Positions 9,801-18,331 of a stretch of 64,000 bases of DNA are shown here, in pieces; position 1 is the first letter of the stretch; the number at the start of each line of letters is the position of its first letter. Made by a program: the position numbers and the translations under genes. The DNA is from Oscillatoria princeps RMCB-10. Its GTDB lineage: Bacteria; Cyanobacteriota; Cyanobacteriia; Cyanobacteriales; Oscillatoriaceae. Location: the NCBI GenBank assembly GCA_019359235.1, contig JAHHHT010000012.1:3648-67647 (forward strand). Direction: 5' to 3'. The notes under the pieces are model-generated. The model was not told where the DNA came from. It made no database searches and worked only from the letters and a program-made list of their open reading frames with translations.

Positions 9801-11681
9801 CCGTCAGAAAAGGTCTGGTATTTGGGAATTGACTTTGGCACCACCGGCATTTCGGCAGCTCTGCTGAATCGCCAAACTTTGCAGGTGTATCCTATCTACT
9901 GGGTGGAAGGGGAACAGCTATCGGGTCAGGTGCGTTCCGCCGGCTTGAGTCATGCGCCAGACTTATTAATTTCTGGAAGCGCAACGCACCCTGCTAAAGA
10001 GCGCTTGTTTCGCTTGCCCTGTGTGGCTTATCTGTCAGCGGCTGGCGGTGAGTGGTCAGTGGCAGACGTGGGGCGGGCCACCGGCACCCCGCCTCTGGAG
10101 AAACCAGGGCTGTTGCTGCAGAATTTTAAGCCGTATTTGAAGGTGGCTATTGCCGGCACTTCCGCCCGGTCGGAGGCTGAGGCTGACCAGGGGCCTAACC
10201 CGTGGGAGCCTTGGGTGCAGTGGTCAGACCGGCACCTGATTCCTGCCGGTTGCCTGACAGACGCGGCGCGGGCGCTGCTGGCCACCCTCAAGCCGGTGAG
10301 CTCGGTTGTGGGGGGGAGTGGCGAGGAGCGCCAATCCCGAATTATCTCTGGGGCTGCGGGTCTCGAACCGGCAGCTTTCGGCAATGCGATGCGGAGTTTG
10401 GCCGGTGCTTGCTTGAGCTGCAACGTCTCAAGGCCTGACAGCTACAGTTTTAATCTGCGAGAAGCGGTTCTGGCGGCTGGGTTGGTGCGGCGTGCGGAGC
10501 AAATTGTCTTTGTTGAGGATGCGCTGGCGACGCTGCTGTCGGTTCTGGGAGGAGCTTCTGGGGAAAGTGTGACGGTTTCGGGCAGCTCTTCGCAAAAACT
10601 CAACCTTTTTAACGCTGACTGGCTGGGGGTGACTTTGGCTGTCAGTGCCGGTGCGACTGTGACGGAACTTTGTTTGGTGAATTTGCCAGACAACCTGCAA
10701 AACTTAACCCACGAGTCTTTCCGCTCTCACAGTTTTCCTTATGCCGGTGATGCGATGGATTTGGATATTATCTGCCAGCTGCTTTTGGGGGATAAAGGCA
10801 AAAGTGCGCTCCCCCTAGGCGCTCTGCCGGCAGAAGAGTTGCCGCGACCGGGGGAACCCGAGTTGCAGAAGCGCTATCGATTGCAGCAGCTGTTGCGCAG
10901 CTCGTCTCAGGGACAAGCGCTTCTGGAAGCGGCGAAGCACTTGAAGTTAATTCTGCAGCACCAAGAGCGCTTTACTTTGGAACTGGGGAGCCACAGGTGG
11001 GTTTGCACTCGCAGGGATCTGGAAAGCCGGGTGTTTGTGCCGTTCGTGCAGCGCTTGAATCGCGAGCTGAACGCTCTGCTCAGCCACACCGGCGTGCCGG
11101 TGCAAGCTATCGACCAAGCTTTGTGTACGGGTGGGACTGCTTCTCTGCCGGCTATCGCCCGCTGGTTGCGGCAAAAACTCCCCAACGCCACGATTATTCA
11201 GGACACTTACCCCAGCGAGCGCCCGCCGGCTTGCAGTCGTGTGGCCTACGGTCTGGCCACGCTTCCCCTGCACCCCCAAGTTTTCGATGTCAAAAGCCTG
11301 CACTACAGCGACTGCTTTCTGCTGCTGGAGCTGCTGCGGTGCTGTCCCGACCGACCGCTGTCTGTGGCGGAGATTGTGCGATTGCTGGAACTCAGGGGCA
11401 TTAATACCGGCATTTGCTTCGAGCGCATCCTGGCTGTGCTGGAAGGGGAGCTCCCCGCCTGGATTCGCCCAGATCCCTGTGAGGCTTTGCTGCTGACTCC
11501 TGAGTTCCGGGAAAATGCTGACAGTCTCGGACTGCATGCGGCTCCCCTTTTCTACAAGCAAGACAATAACACTTACCGCCCCAATGTCGAGCAGTGTCAG
11601 CGGCTGCGCCAGTACTTGAGCCAGCTGATGGCGGGGACTTACCAAAAATCAGACGAGCCGTTTACGGTTGATTTGGTGTGA
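6804..11681 (+). CDS. giant multidomain protein: N-terminal coiled coil, ~700-aa acidic/Pro-rich low-complexity region with repeated (D/E)LF(G/A) motifs, C-terminal Hsp70/actin-like ATPase domain
   Basis: 1625-aa ORF. Hsp70 signatures LGIDFGTTGIS (nt ~9820), CTGGTASLPAI and VAYGLATLPL near the C-terminus. Linker motifs ADLFGE, SELFGE, DDLFASLTGEE, LDLFEPSG, DDLFAGFGEE, EALFEGF. Confidence 0.75.
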   Translation: MSSHLDQIQALISDIDGALAAPAPRLPWMGDTASFRRLLERIRNYLVWLEGQVSAGESFLPPAANQNLRGAAIEPVPAVPSPETPAWAQQLLQAVVGEMASVRSTLAQPIQADLAALQQQRDALFKEIRQLEAQRQHQYSLVQQQASQQQIISEFLQALMGRLQESLTEQVAQTLGHLEQQFLTGYESPPVGQSPLQGAGYSTSTSPLQLQGSSRQMHPQERLERMRLLQQKSDELLLTLDSTLKVMFEALLRNIHSYEKSLARGLDKSFNPVPGIQLTEISPPPPPEFIIPETDRSESRKNLPPAAAGPTPDPGSSVKSNRRAGAAKPKQPTSGLPAPQSKRQQPAAGNRTGATDTGASDRQTPETLNREPSATESPPQQEAAQNLPGLGQAEAAEIETLLNLDVGATAAPAPSELAPDEDLNAVLQLLNAERNPSSERAEGGGIPARLSAGVASADFSPDIHELYASLFGAEDAPATAAPAAETATGSPVLFEEALFEGFPDTAAVAPPAPQPEKSVTSVTQSLEEFLFDGDSAESTRTGSLRLADLFGETPAEREKNSTKESISQAPSAVRDRPAASSTGSEDDISLSELFGEPEAGESNQQSALNPQPGAALHKYGAKGSEEQNQTAADLAWETDSYIPASPDEDLLPNVEEEGESRLPAFWIDDSTLEQLREDLSFEPRSQDSAGRTVRPPLPELIAQSAPTESGADDWLAELSGESSQLPDATPEPEPPPVLGDTPSMTLEEAFASLTEATAQPSPAAVSPSDRELAIGDRELAARKAQRDPGPAQRPARIYSSWEEADSPDVLDWNAVAATPEPDSEVSALDDLFASLTGEEPAPSEFEGLDLFEPSGGTLDADATEELRAADLDDLFAGFGEETPTLAEPWAQQPLKPPAPDSGTEEKKKDLEAAELLAFLESATAAPALGREERTGPAKEGFGQKAAAAAGGKTAGQASSLSGAPSPVLGESEFGLALDGAQSQGKSGSGSPQVVPSEGEPSEKVWYLGIDFGTTGISAALLNRQTLQVYPIYWVEGEQLSGQVRSAGLSHAPDLLISGSATHPAKERLFRLPCVAYLSAAGGEWSVADVGRATGTPPLEKPGLLLQNFKPYLKVAIAGTSARSEAEADQGPNPWEPWVQWSDRHLIPAGCLTDAARALLATLKPVSSVVGGSGEERQSRIISGAAGLEPAAFGNAMRSLAGACLSCNVSRPDSYSFNLREAVLAAGLVRRAEQIVFVEDALATLLSVLGGASGESVTVSGSSSQKLNLFNADWLGVTLAVSAGATVTELCLVNLPDNLQNLTHESFRSHSFPYAGDAMDLDIICQLLLGDKGKSALPLGALPAEELPRPGEPELQKRYRLQQLLRSSSQGQALLEAAKHLKLILQHQERFTLELGSHRWVCTRRDLESRVFVPFVQRLNRELNALLSHTGVPVQAIDQALCTGGTASLPAIARWLRQKLPNATIIQDTYPSERPPACSRVAYGLATLPLHPQVFDVKSLHYSDCFLLLELLRCCPDRPLSVAEIVRLLELRGINTGICFERILAVLEGELPAWIRPDPCEALLLTPEFRENADSLGLHAAPLFYKQDNNTYRPNVEQCQRLRQYLSQLMAGTYQKSDEPFTVDLV

Positions 11682-11724
11682 CTCCTCTGTGAGAAAGTTG
11701 AGGGGAAGGGGCGACACGGATAAG

Positions 11725-11765
11725 GAACCCCACCCCCCAACCCCCTCCCGCCCGCAGGGAAGGCG
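11725..11765. repeat. GC-rich palindromic element GAACCCCACCCCCCAACCCCCTCCC(G)... (family member)
   Basis: Other copies at 13247-13300, 18086-18128, 27651-27705, 47586-47640, 47757-47822; core hairpin CCCCCTCCCCG-N4-8-CGGGGAGGGGG. Confidence 0.6.
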
Positions 11766-11910
11766 CTGCACAATTGCGGGATGGTAATGTCTGTAGGGGC
11801 AGGCCCCCCTGCCCCCCCCCGATCGTGCAAGGGAGCCCCACAGGGGGATTGCCCCTACAGTTCGATCTGGATTGACCGCTGTTAGGCAGCGCCGGGGAAG
11901 GGATGCAGTC

Positions 11911-11940
11911 ATGCCCAATGCCCCATGCCCCATGCCCAAC
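11911..11940. repeat. heptamer tandem repeat (ATGCCCA/ATGCCCC)x4
   Basis: atgcccaatgccccatgccccatgcccaac. Confidence 0.6.
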
Positions 11941-12519
11941 CCTCTCTTTGGGGATGGCTCCCGCTGCAGGAGCGGAGGGCCGCGCTTGATTAAATAATAT
12001 AAATTCCGGACGATTACTTTATCTTTACAGGCAAGGCGCAAGAAGAAAGACCTTTAAAGGTAGCATTTTTCTTCCTTGTCCCGGCAGATATTTTGAAAAG
12101 CAATTAACCGCAAATTATATAAAAAAGTTTTTGGCAATTTGGCACCACCGGAGCGTATTGCCTTTGTACCATGAAACTGGTGGTTGAGAGTGGGAGGAAA
12201 CCTGAGAGTAAGTCCATTGTCCATATGTGCGGTAACTTTTCTGAGCCGTAGCATCTACTCGTCGGGACAAAAACATGAAAACTTTACACAGCGGCTGGGA
12301 ATTGCAAAGATTCAGTAAACTTCTCTACTTGGACGCGCTCCCTATCCGGGAAATCCCCTAATATGTTCTACAGAAAAGCAAACTTATCTGTAAGTGCTTA
12401 GAGCCGTGATTACTACTTCTGACGTACCCAGTTACTTCGCAAGCAAACTTTCTGTGGTTGATGGCAAATTTGAAGCGCTCTCGTTTGAGCGAGCGGTGCA
12501 TCCCTCTATCAATAGCAAA

Positions 12520-13104
12520 ATGAAACGCCTAATAGATGTTTTGGGCGCACTGATAGGGTTGATGATAACTGCTCTTTTGGCGGTTCCCATCGCCATAGCA
12601 ATTCAGCTGGACGATCCGGGCCCTATTTTCTACAGCCAGATTCGCTGCGGCTACCAGGGTAATTGCTTCCGGATTTGGAAATTCAGGTCGATGGTTGTGG
12701 ATGCCGAGAAACTGAAGCATCTGGTTCCCAATCAAGCAAATGGGCACATATTCAAGAATGAAAACGACCCCCGGATCACCCGGGTGGGAAGGTTTTTGCG
12801 CCGCACCAGCTTGGATGAGTTACCTCAATTCTGGAACGTTCTGATGGGGGATATGAGCTTAGTGGGAACCCGTCCGCCAACACCGGATGAAGTGAAGCGC
12901 TATGACAGTCACCACTGGCAGCGCTTGAATGTCAAGCCGGGGCTAACCGGCGAATGGCAAGTCAACGGGCGCTCGACTGTCAAAGACTTTGAAGATATTG
13001 TTCGGATGGATATGGATTATCAAATCAAGTGGTCTGTTGTTTACGACCTGAGCTTGATTGTCAAAACAGTGCTGGTTATTTTGAATAAAAAGGGCGCTTG
13101 CTAA
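12520..13104 (+). CDS. bacterial sugar transferase (polyprenyl glycosyl-phosphotransferase, EpsL/WbaP C-terminal-domain type)
   Basis: MKRLIDVLGALIGLMITALLAVPIAIAIQLDDPGPIFYSQIRCG...FRSM...DELPQFWNVLMGDMSLVGTRP. The ORF is open from 12394, but the family normally starts at the MKRL Met. Confidence 0.8.
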   Translation: MKRLIDVLGALIGLMITALLAVPIAIAIQLDDPGPIFYSQIRCGYQGNCFRIWKFRSMVVDAEKLKHLVPNQANGHIFKNENDPRITRVGRFLRRTSLDELPQFWNVLMGDMSLVGTRPPTPDEVKRYDSHHWQRLNVKPGLTGEWQVNGRSTVKDFEDIVRMDMDYQIKWSVVYDLSLIVKTVLVILNKKGAC

Positions 13105-13395
13105 GTGCAAAGCGCTTTAATGGGTGCCTGAATGTTTTTGCTGTTAGATTTTGGGGTGGCTCGGGAAGGAACCGCGCCGGCATTCCCGCTCTGGGGGGTG
13201 CCGGTGTGGTGCGTTTCGGGCGTTGCGTCGCAAAGCGTGGGATGAAGAACCCCACCCCCCAACCCCCTCCCCGCGCTTCGGGGAGGGGGAGTAAGAGGGG
13301 GATTTCGATGAGTGTAAAAAGTTTCCGCTCGTCCTTCTAGTGTGCAGCGCCGCATTTCCGGTAAGCTGGTAGGTGTGCTGCTTGGCTTGCGATTA

Positions 13396-13917
13396 ATGAC
13401 TCTTGCTAGCTGGATTACTGTCTCCCGCCTTTTGGGAGTGCCATTTTTGCTCTATTTCCTCCACAACCCGACACCGGCACAGCGGTGGGTGTGTCTGGCC
13501 ATTTTTCTGGTGGCTGCCGGCACGGATTGGCTGGACGGGTATGTGGCTAGGAAGTACAGCCAAATCACGGATTTGGGTAAGTTTCTCGACCCGCTGGTGG
13601 ACAAGTTGCTGGTTCTGGCTCCCCTGCTGGCACTGGTGGAGCTGGGACAGCTGCCGGCGTGGGGGGTGTTTTTGATTTTGGGGCGCGAGTTGGGGATTGC
13701 CGGCTGGCGGGTTAACCAAACTTCGATTGCCGGTGCGAATATCTGGGGAAAGCTGAAAACTGTGAGTCAAATTGTGGCGATCTCTCTTTTAATCGCTCCT
13801 CTGGCTGATGTCTGGAAAGTGCCGTCTCTGGTGGCTTTCTGGATTTGTGTTGCTCTGACGCTGATTTCTGGCGCTATTTATATTTGGCCGCAAAATATGG
13901 CGGGGAAAGAGGCTTGA
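13396..13917 (+). CDS. pgsA: CDP-diacylglycerol--glycerol-3-phosphate 3-phosphatidyltransferase
   Basis: CDP-alcohol phosphatidyltransferase motif DWLDGYVARK...G...D...D; hydrophobic multi-TM profile. ORF is open from 13342; start chosen at MTLASW. Confidence 0.8.
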   Translation: MTLASWITVSRLLGVPFLLYFLHNPTPAQRWVCLAIFLVAAGTDWLDGYVARKYSQITDLGKFLDPLVDKLLVLAPLLALVELGQLPAWGVFLILGRELGIAGWRVNQTSIAGANIWGKLKTVSQIVAISLLIAPLADVWKVPSLVAFWICVALTLISGAIYIWPQNMAGKEA

Positions 13918-14302
13918 TGGGGATTTAGGATACCGGGAGAATGAAGGGTGCCGGCAGACAAACTTTCGCCAGGTATACCGGCAGAATGAATTCTGCCGCT
14001 ATACAAACAAAGCCCGCCTGCGCGGGCTTGATATCTACAGGGATAGTGGGCATTGGGGATTGTGGAGGGGGGATGTGCCGGCACACTGCGCTCAGCTAGG
14101 CGGGTGCGGTAGGGGGCGGGAAAATGAAGGGTGCCGGTGTACGGAGGGTGCCGGTGCGGTTCAAGATTCGAGCAAGGGAGCTCCATCATCCGAGCAAGGG
14201 AGCTCCATCATCCGAGTTCGGAACTCCATCGCTGGAGGTAGGAGCTCCATCGTTCGGTACAGACGCGACATGTTGGGTTTCTACAAGTCCAGCAAGTGCG
14301 CC

Positions 14303-14459
14303 CCACCGGCACCCCCAGCACGCGATTTCAGCTGTCAAAATAACCTGGGACTTTTGCCGGTTCAACCCATAGCGTGCTGGCGAAGTTTCGTTCCCTTACT
14401 TGAGATTGTGGCACCGGCTGTCCCAGATTCCGGGGAGGAAGCACCGGCACCTGTTGCGC
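14303..14459. repeat. ~160-bp direct repeat, copy A (ccaccggcacccccagcac ... gagattgtggcaccggctRtcccagattccggggagRaagcaccRgcacctgttgcgc)
   Basis: About 80% identical to copy B at 16677-16857 in the same orientation. Additional shared modules upstream of both copies (gctatacaaacaaagYccgcctgcgcgg; gggtgccggtg iterations). Confidence 0.6.
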
Positions 14460-14535
14460 CGGCATGGGAGCCGGTGGTGCTTGAGATTAAACCCTTATTA
14501 GGGTACAATAATCAAAGCTTTGCTGCAAAAGAATT

Positions 14536-14760
14536 ATGGGAAAAAGAGGAAAGCCCGATATCTGGGATGAGGTAAAGCGTCACGTTGCGGTGGCGCTGAC
14601 ACCAACCGGGGTGCGGGGGCTGGATGCGGTGGCTGCGGAAATGAACCTGAGCCGGTCGGAGTTGATAGAGCGCATAGGGCGTGGGCTGTTCAAGGTGGTG
14701 AGGAATGAGGAGGCTGAAGTGGACTCTGTGACAGGCGGGTGCGATGCCGGTGACAGGTGA
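14536..14760 (+). CDS. small hypothetical protein (possible ribbon-helix-helix-like)
   Basis: 74-aa ORF; LSRSELIERIGRGL is reminiscent of small RHH/antitoxin-like proteins; weak evidence. Confidence 0.3.
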   Translation: MGKRGKPDIWDEVKRHVAVALTPTGVRGLDAVAAEMNLSRSELIERIGRGLFKVVRNEEAEVDSVTGGCDAGDR

Positions 14761-14835
14761 TGCGGCACTTTTTCCTGGGAACGAGGGGAATCATGCAGAC
14801 TGCTGTTGATGGCGACATCACCCTGCAGTGTCTCA

Positions 14836-15190
14836 ACTCCTTTCGCTATCCAACATTCCCATCTGACCGGCATCATAGCGATCGCCAGCGACAGCATCAG
14901 GCGGAACCGCCGCCTCAATCCGGGCGAGATCCCCATCCGCAAGGCGCACATCGAGAGCGCCGAGGGCTTCCTGCAGCCGGTTGCGCCGGCGAGCACCGAT
15001 GAGCGGGATGATGTCCTCCCCCCGTGACAGAACCCAAGCAATCGTCACTTGCGCGACAGTGGCATTTTTCTCTTCCGCAATACTACGAATCGCTTCAATC
15101 AGCGACAAGTTCCGATCCAGATTCTCGCCGGTGAAACGCGGCAAATGACTGAGAAAATTCTGCCCTGCCTCTAAAGATTGTAGCATCTCA
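14836..15190 (-). pseudogene. 3'-terminal remnant (~115 aa) of an aldo/keto reductase gene
   Basis: FTGENLDRNLSLIEAIRSIAEEKNATVAQVTIAWVLSRGEDIIPLIGARRRNRLQEALGALDVRLADGDLARIEAAVP matches the conserved AKR C-terminus. The N-terminal two-thirds are absent. Upstream part of track ORF 14833..15558 is out-of-frame overlap with the 15251..16069 gene. Confidence 0.55.
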
Positions 15191-15250
15191 AGTTTATTGA
15201 GACAGTAAGCTGTAAACTTTATTGAGGCGAGATAGTTCAAGGAGGAATCT

Positions 15251-16069
15251 GTGTCCGAGCGGGTCTTAGTTGTGGGAGCCACCGGCGGTGCCGGGCAGTT
15301 AACGGTTGCGAAACTGCTGGAGAAGGGCTTTTTGGTGCGGGTGCTGACGCGCAGCGCAGGCATTGCTAGGCAAATGTTTGGCGAGCGCGTGGAAGTCTCG
15401 GTGGGAGACATCCGCCAGCCAGAAACGCTGCCACCGGCTATGCTTGATATTGATTTTATCATCTGCACCACCGGCACGACAGCTTTTCCTTCCGCTCGGT
15501 GGGAGTTTGACATTCCGCCGCAATTAAGCGGACTGCAACGCTTGCAAGAATGGAGCAAGATTTATCTTGATGCCGCTTACCGCAATGCCAAAGCCAAGAA
15601 TAGCCCGGAAAAAGTTGACGCGACGGGCGTCCGCAACCTCGCTGCTGCGGCTCCTCGCTCCTTGAAACGATTTGTGTTAGTTTCCTCCTGCGGCATTGAG
15701 CGCAAAGACAAGCCGCCTTATAGCTTGCTGAATGCCTGTGGCATACTCGACGCCAAGCAGAAAGGCGAGGAAGCGGTGCGCTCTGGGGGCTTTCCTTATA
15801 CTATCATAAGACCGGGCCGGCTGATTGATGGCCCTTACACGTCCTACGATTTGAATACCCTGCTGAAGGCGACCACCGGCGGAAAGCTGGGAATTGCCCT
15901 CGGCACGGGGGACAAGTTAACTGGACAGACGAGCCGGATTGACGTGGCGGCGGCTTGTGTGGAATGTTTAAACGTGCCGGTGACAGCGGGAAAAGTGTTT
16001 GAAATCATCAGCCAAGGAACGCGACCGCCGGCGCTCGACTGGGCAGCACTGTTCGCCCAGATAGATTAG
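15251..16069 (+). CDS. NAD(P)-binding Rossmann-fold oxidoreductase (NmrA-like / atypical SDR, Ycf39-Tic62-like)
   Basis: VLVVGATGGAGQLTVAKLLEKGFLVRVLTR glycine-rich NAD(P) motif; GTG start preceded by a strong AGGAGG RBS (caaggaggaatctGTG). Confidence 0.8.
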   Translation: MSERVLVVGATGGAGQLTVAKLLEKGFLVRVLTRSAGIARQMFGERVEVSVGDIRQPETLPPAMLDIDFIICTTGTTAFPSARWEFDIPPQLSGLQRLQEWSKIYLDAAYRNAKAKNSPEKVDATGVRNLAAAAPRSLKRFVLVSSCGIERKDKPPYSLLNACGILDAKQKGEEAVRSGGFPYTIIRPGRLIDGPYTSYDLNTLLKATTGGKLGIALGTGDKLTGQTSRIDVAAACVECLNVPVTAGKVFEIISQGTRPPALDWAALFAQID

Positions 16070-16143
16070 CTCTTCCACTCACTTTGTGGGAGAGGGGCTA
16101 TGCAAAAGTGCGGGGCTGTGTGGGGTGACGGAGGAGAACAAAG

Positions 16144-16338
16144 GTGAGCGAAGAATCAGAAGTAATTATACTAGGGATAATGTGCGTGTTGCTAGTGCTG
16201 CACTGCGCAATCGGGCTGGCTGCAGCTCAGGTGGCTCGGCGCAAGGGGTTGAATTTTAGCCGGTGGCTGACTTGGGGCTTAATTGGCGGCACTCCCGCTC
16301 TGGTTGCAGCCCTTTTGAGCCAGGAAAAACAGCCCTGA
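16144..16338 (+). CDS. small two-helix membrane protein (hypothetical)
   Basis: 64 aa; GTG start with upstream GGAGGAG; two hydrophobic segments (ILGIMCVLLVLHCAIGLAAA; LTWGLIGGTPALVAALL). Confidence 0.4.
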   Translation: MSEESEVIILGIMCVLLVLHCAIGLAAAQVARRKGLNFSRWLTWGLIGGTPALVAALLSQEKQP

Positions 16339-16676
16339 GTGCCGAGTGCGTCACTCGCGGAAACCGCTAGAGATCCTGGCGATTGAAATCGCGGCTATAC
16401 AAACAAAGTCCGCCTGCGCGGACTTTTTGAAAGCCGGTGCTACCCGTAGGGTGCGTTCCCAGAAGGAACGCACCCTCCCAGCTATATGCAGGGGCGGAGT
16501 AACTTTTTTTAAAGACAGGTTTTTTAGGGGTTGCCTTAGGAGCATGCCAATTTGGGATTGTCGCATAAAACGTGCCGGTCACACGGACTTTCCCGGTGCG
16601 ACGACGGTGCCGGTGTGCGCAGGGTGCCGGTCAAAGGAGGGTGCCGGTGGGGCTAAAGCCCAACTACAAACCGGTC

Positions 16677-16857
16677 CCACCGGCACCCCCAGCACCTTCT
16701 GGGTTTCAGCTATAAAAAGAGCCGGGCACTGTTGCCGGTGCAACCCATCACTCCCGTAGTGGGGTGCTTTACTGCAGGGTAAGTCCTCTTACCTTACCTG
16801 AGATTGTGGCACCGGCTATCCCAGATTCCGGGGAGAAAGCACCAGCACCTGTTGCGC
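16677..16857. repeat. ~160-bp direct repeat, copy B (partner of 14303-14459)
   Basis: See copy A. Confidence 0.6.
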
Positions 16858-17048
16858 TGCGAGCCGGCGATTGCCGTCGGTGTCGATCCTGGGCTGCGCT
16901 CAGTGGCGCTTAGGTAGAACTCGTTTCGGCTCGGCGACTGGTTTAAAGGGAGGTAAGGATACCCGATCCTCAGCAATACGGAAAACTCTAATCTGTCCCT
17001 TTTTAGCGGACGCTACACTTTGTAAGTCCACCAGCGAAATAATTAATA

Positions 17049-17879
17049 ATGTACATAGACCATAAAATCGGTGACTTAGTTGTTCAGCAACGCCAAAAAG
17101 ATGGTTACATCAACGCAAGTAAGCTAACTAAGGCTTATGAGCGAAAAACCGGAACTCGAAAGAATCCTAAACATTGGTTTGAGAACGATAGAACTTATAA
17201 ATATTATGAGCTTTTATCGGACAAAACAGGGCTGGAGGTCTCTGACATCGTACAAAAAAAAGGAAGCGGTAACAAGCAAGAGACTTGGATTCATCCAAAA
17301 TTAGCTATCTCTTTTGCTATGTGGCTATCGCCCGAATTTGAGATGATGGTCTCTGAGTGGGTCGAGGAATGGCTAACAACTGGCAAAACTCCGGTCTATG
17401 AGACTGTTCAGTTACGTCCTTACCAGCGAGTTTGGTATCAGCGATTAGCCCTGTTTGAGCAAAAGACCAAGTTGCCCCGAGGTACATGGTGTATTTTTGA
17501 GGAGATAGGGAAGCTGATGAGAGATTTAGAAGCTAAAGGTGTTCTGCTGCACGACAGAGCTACTATAGATATTTCGGTAGGCAGAACGTGGTGTCATTGG
17601 CTGAGAGAAAAAGGCCGTAATACAGATGAGTTTCAACAGTACCCCCATCACTATCCCGACAGCAGGGGAGAGCAACCTGCAAACGTTTACCCTTTCGAGT
17701 TGCTAGGGGAGTTTCATCAGTGGCTGGAAGATACGTACATTCCTGACAAGTTCCCGGAATATGTAAGAAACTATTGTACGCCAGAAGAATGCAAATTAAT
17801 CTCAGAAGCTATCGGATATGAGGTTAAGCCTATTCAAATAAGGCTTAAACCAAATAAGTCTCAGTCCGCTTCTGACTAA
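17049..17879 (+). CDS. KilA-N domain protein (phage-derived DNA-binding domain) with unknown C-terminal domain
   Basis: N-terminus DGYINASKLTKAYERKTG...KHWFEN...TWIHPKLAISFAMWLSPEF is a KilA-N/APSES-type fold. Gene is markedly AT-richer than its surroundings. Confidence 0.75.
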   Translation: MYIDHKIGDLVVQQRQKDGYINASKLTKAYERKTGTRKNPKHWFENDRTYKYYELLSDKTGLEVSDIVQKKGSGNKQETWIHPKLAISFAMWLSPEFEMMVSEWVEEWLTTGKTPVYETVQLRPYQRVWYQRLALFEQKTKLPRGTWCIFEEIGKLMRDLEAKGVLLHDRATIDISVGRTWCHWLREKGRNTDEFQQYPHHYPDSRGEQPANVYPFELLGEFHQWLEDTYIPDKFPEYVRNYCTPEECKLISEAIGYEVKPIQIRLKPNKSQSASD

Positions 17880-18195
17880 CTTTACCGCTTTTTCCGGATC
17901 GCGAGCGCCCCGTTCTGCCCCTTCTCCCCTCGCTCATATTGCCCTAACGCCTGCCTCCCCTCGCAAATTTGCGATGGCGAATTAGGCGGAATAGGGAGGC
18001 GCTGGTGTGTCTCAATATCAAAATTTGTGCGTGTTTACGCATTTTAATGGGATTCGTGAAACGCACCCTCCCAGCTACATGCTCTGAACCCCACCCCCAA
18101 CCCCCTCCCCGTGTAGGAGGAGGGGGCTAAAAGAAAGGGGTTCGCGAAACTCCTCGAAAATGCGGCAATTCTAATCCAGAAAAACCGGTAGAACT

Positions 18196-18316
18196 TTAGC
18201 CCAACTACAAACTTTAGGGCTAAAGCCCAACTACGAACTTTTGGGCTAAAGCCCAACTACGAACTTTTGGGCTAATACCCAACTACGAACTTTTGGGCTA
18301 AAGCCCAACTACAAAC
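18196..18316. repeat. tandem array (~4.5 copies) of a 27-bp unit ttttGGGCTAAAGCCCaactacgaac, each unit containing the hairpin GGGCT-AAA-AGCCC
   Basis: Seen directly. Single or paired copies of the same unit at 1236-1262, 16653-16680, 33537-33565 (inverted), 46451-46524 (3 tandem copies, inverted). Confidence 0.85.
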
Positions 18317-18331
18317 AGTTCTCCGGCTCTC

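Noticed and set aside
6835-11645. Many 60-230-aa antisense or alternative-frame ORFs inside the giant gene (and similarly inside the helicase, NACHT, WD40 and nnr genes)
   Set aside because: These are typical high-GC shadow ORFs with Arg/Pro/Gly-rich translations; the long sense frames have recognisable domains.
12394-12519. Upstream 42 codons of the sugar-transferase ORF
   Set aside because: The family consistently begins at the MKRL Met followed by the TM helix; the upstream extension is AT-rich leader.
13098-13355. 80-84-aa ORFs on both strands (also 47533-47846, 27586-27920, 11639-12041)
   Set aside because: They are entirely encoded by the GC-rich palindromic repeat family (translations full of G/P/R); these are repeat artefacts.
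14833-15558. Full 241-aa minus-strand ORF
   Set aside because: Only the C-terminal ~115 aa are AKR-like. The upstream part is an out-of-frame overlap with the well-supported plus-strand oxidoreductase gene.
18196-18316. CRISPR-like periodic array
   Set aside because: The 'spacers' are identical in every unit and there are no cas genes; this is a simple tandem repeat.
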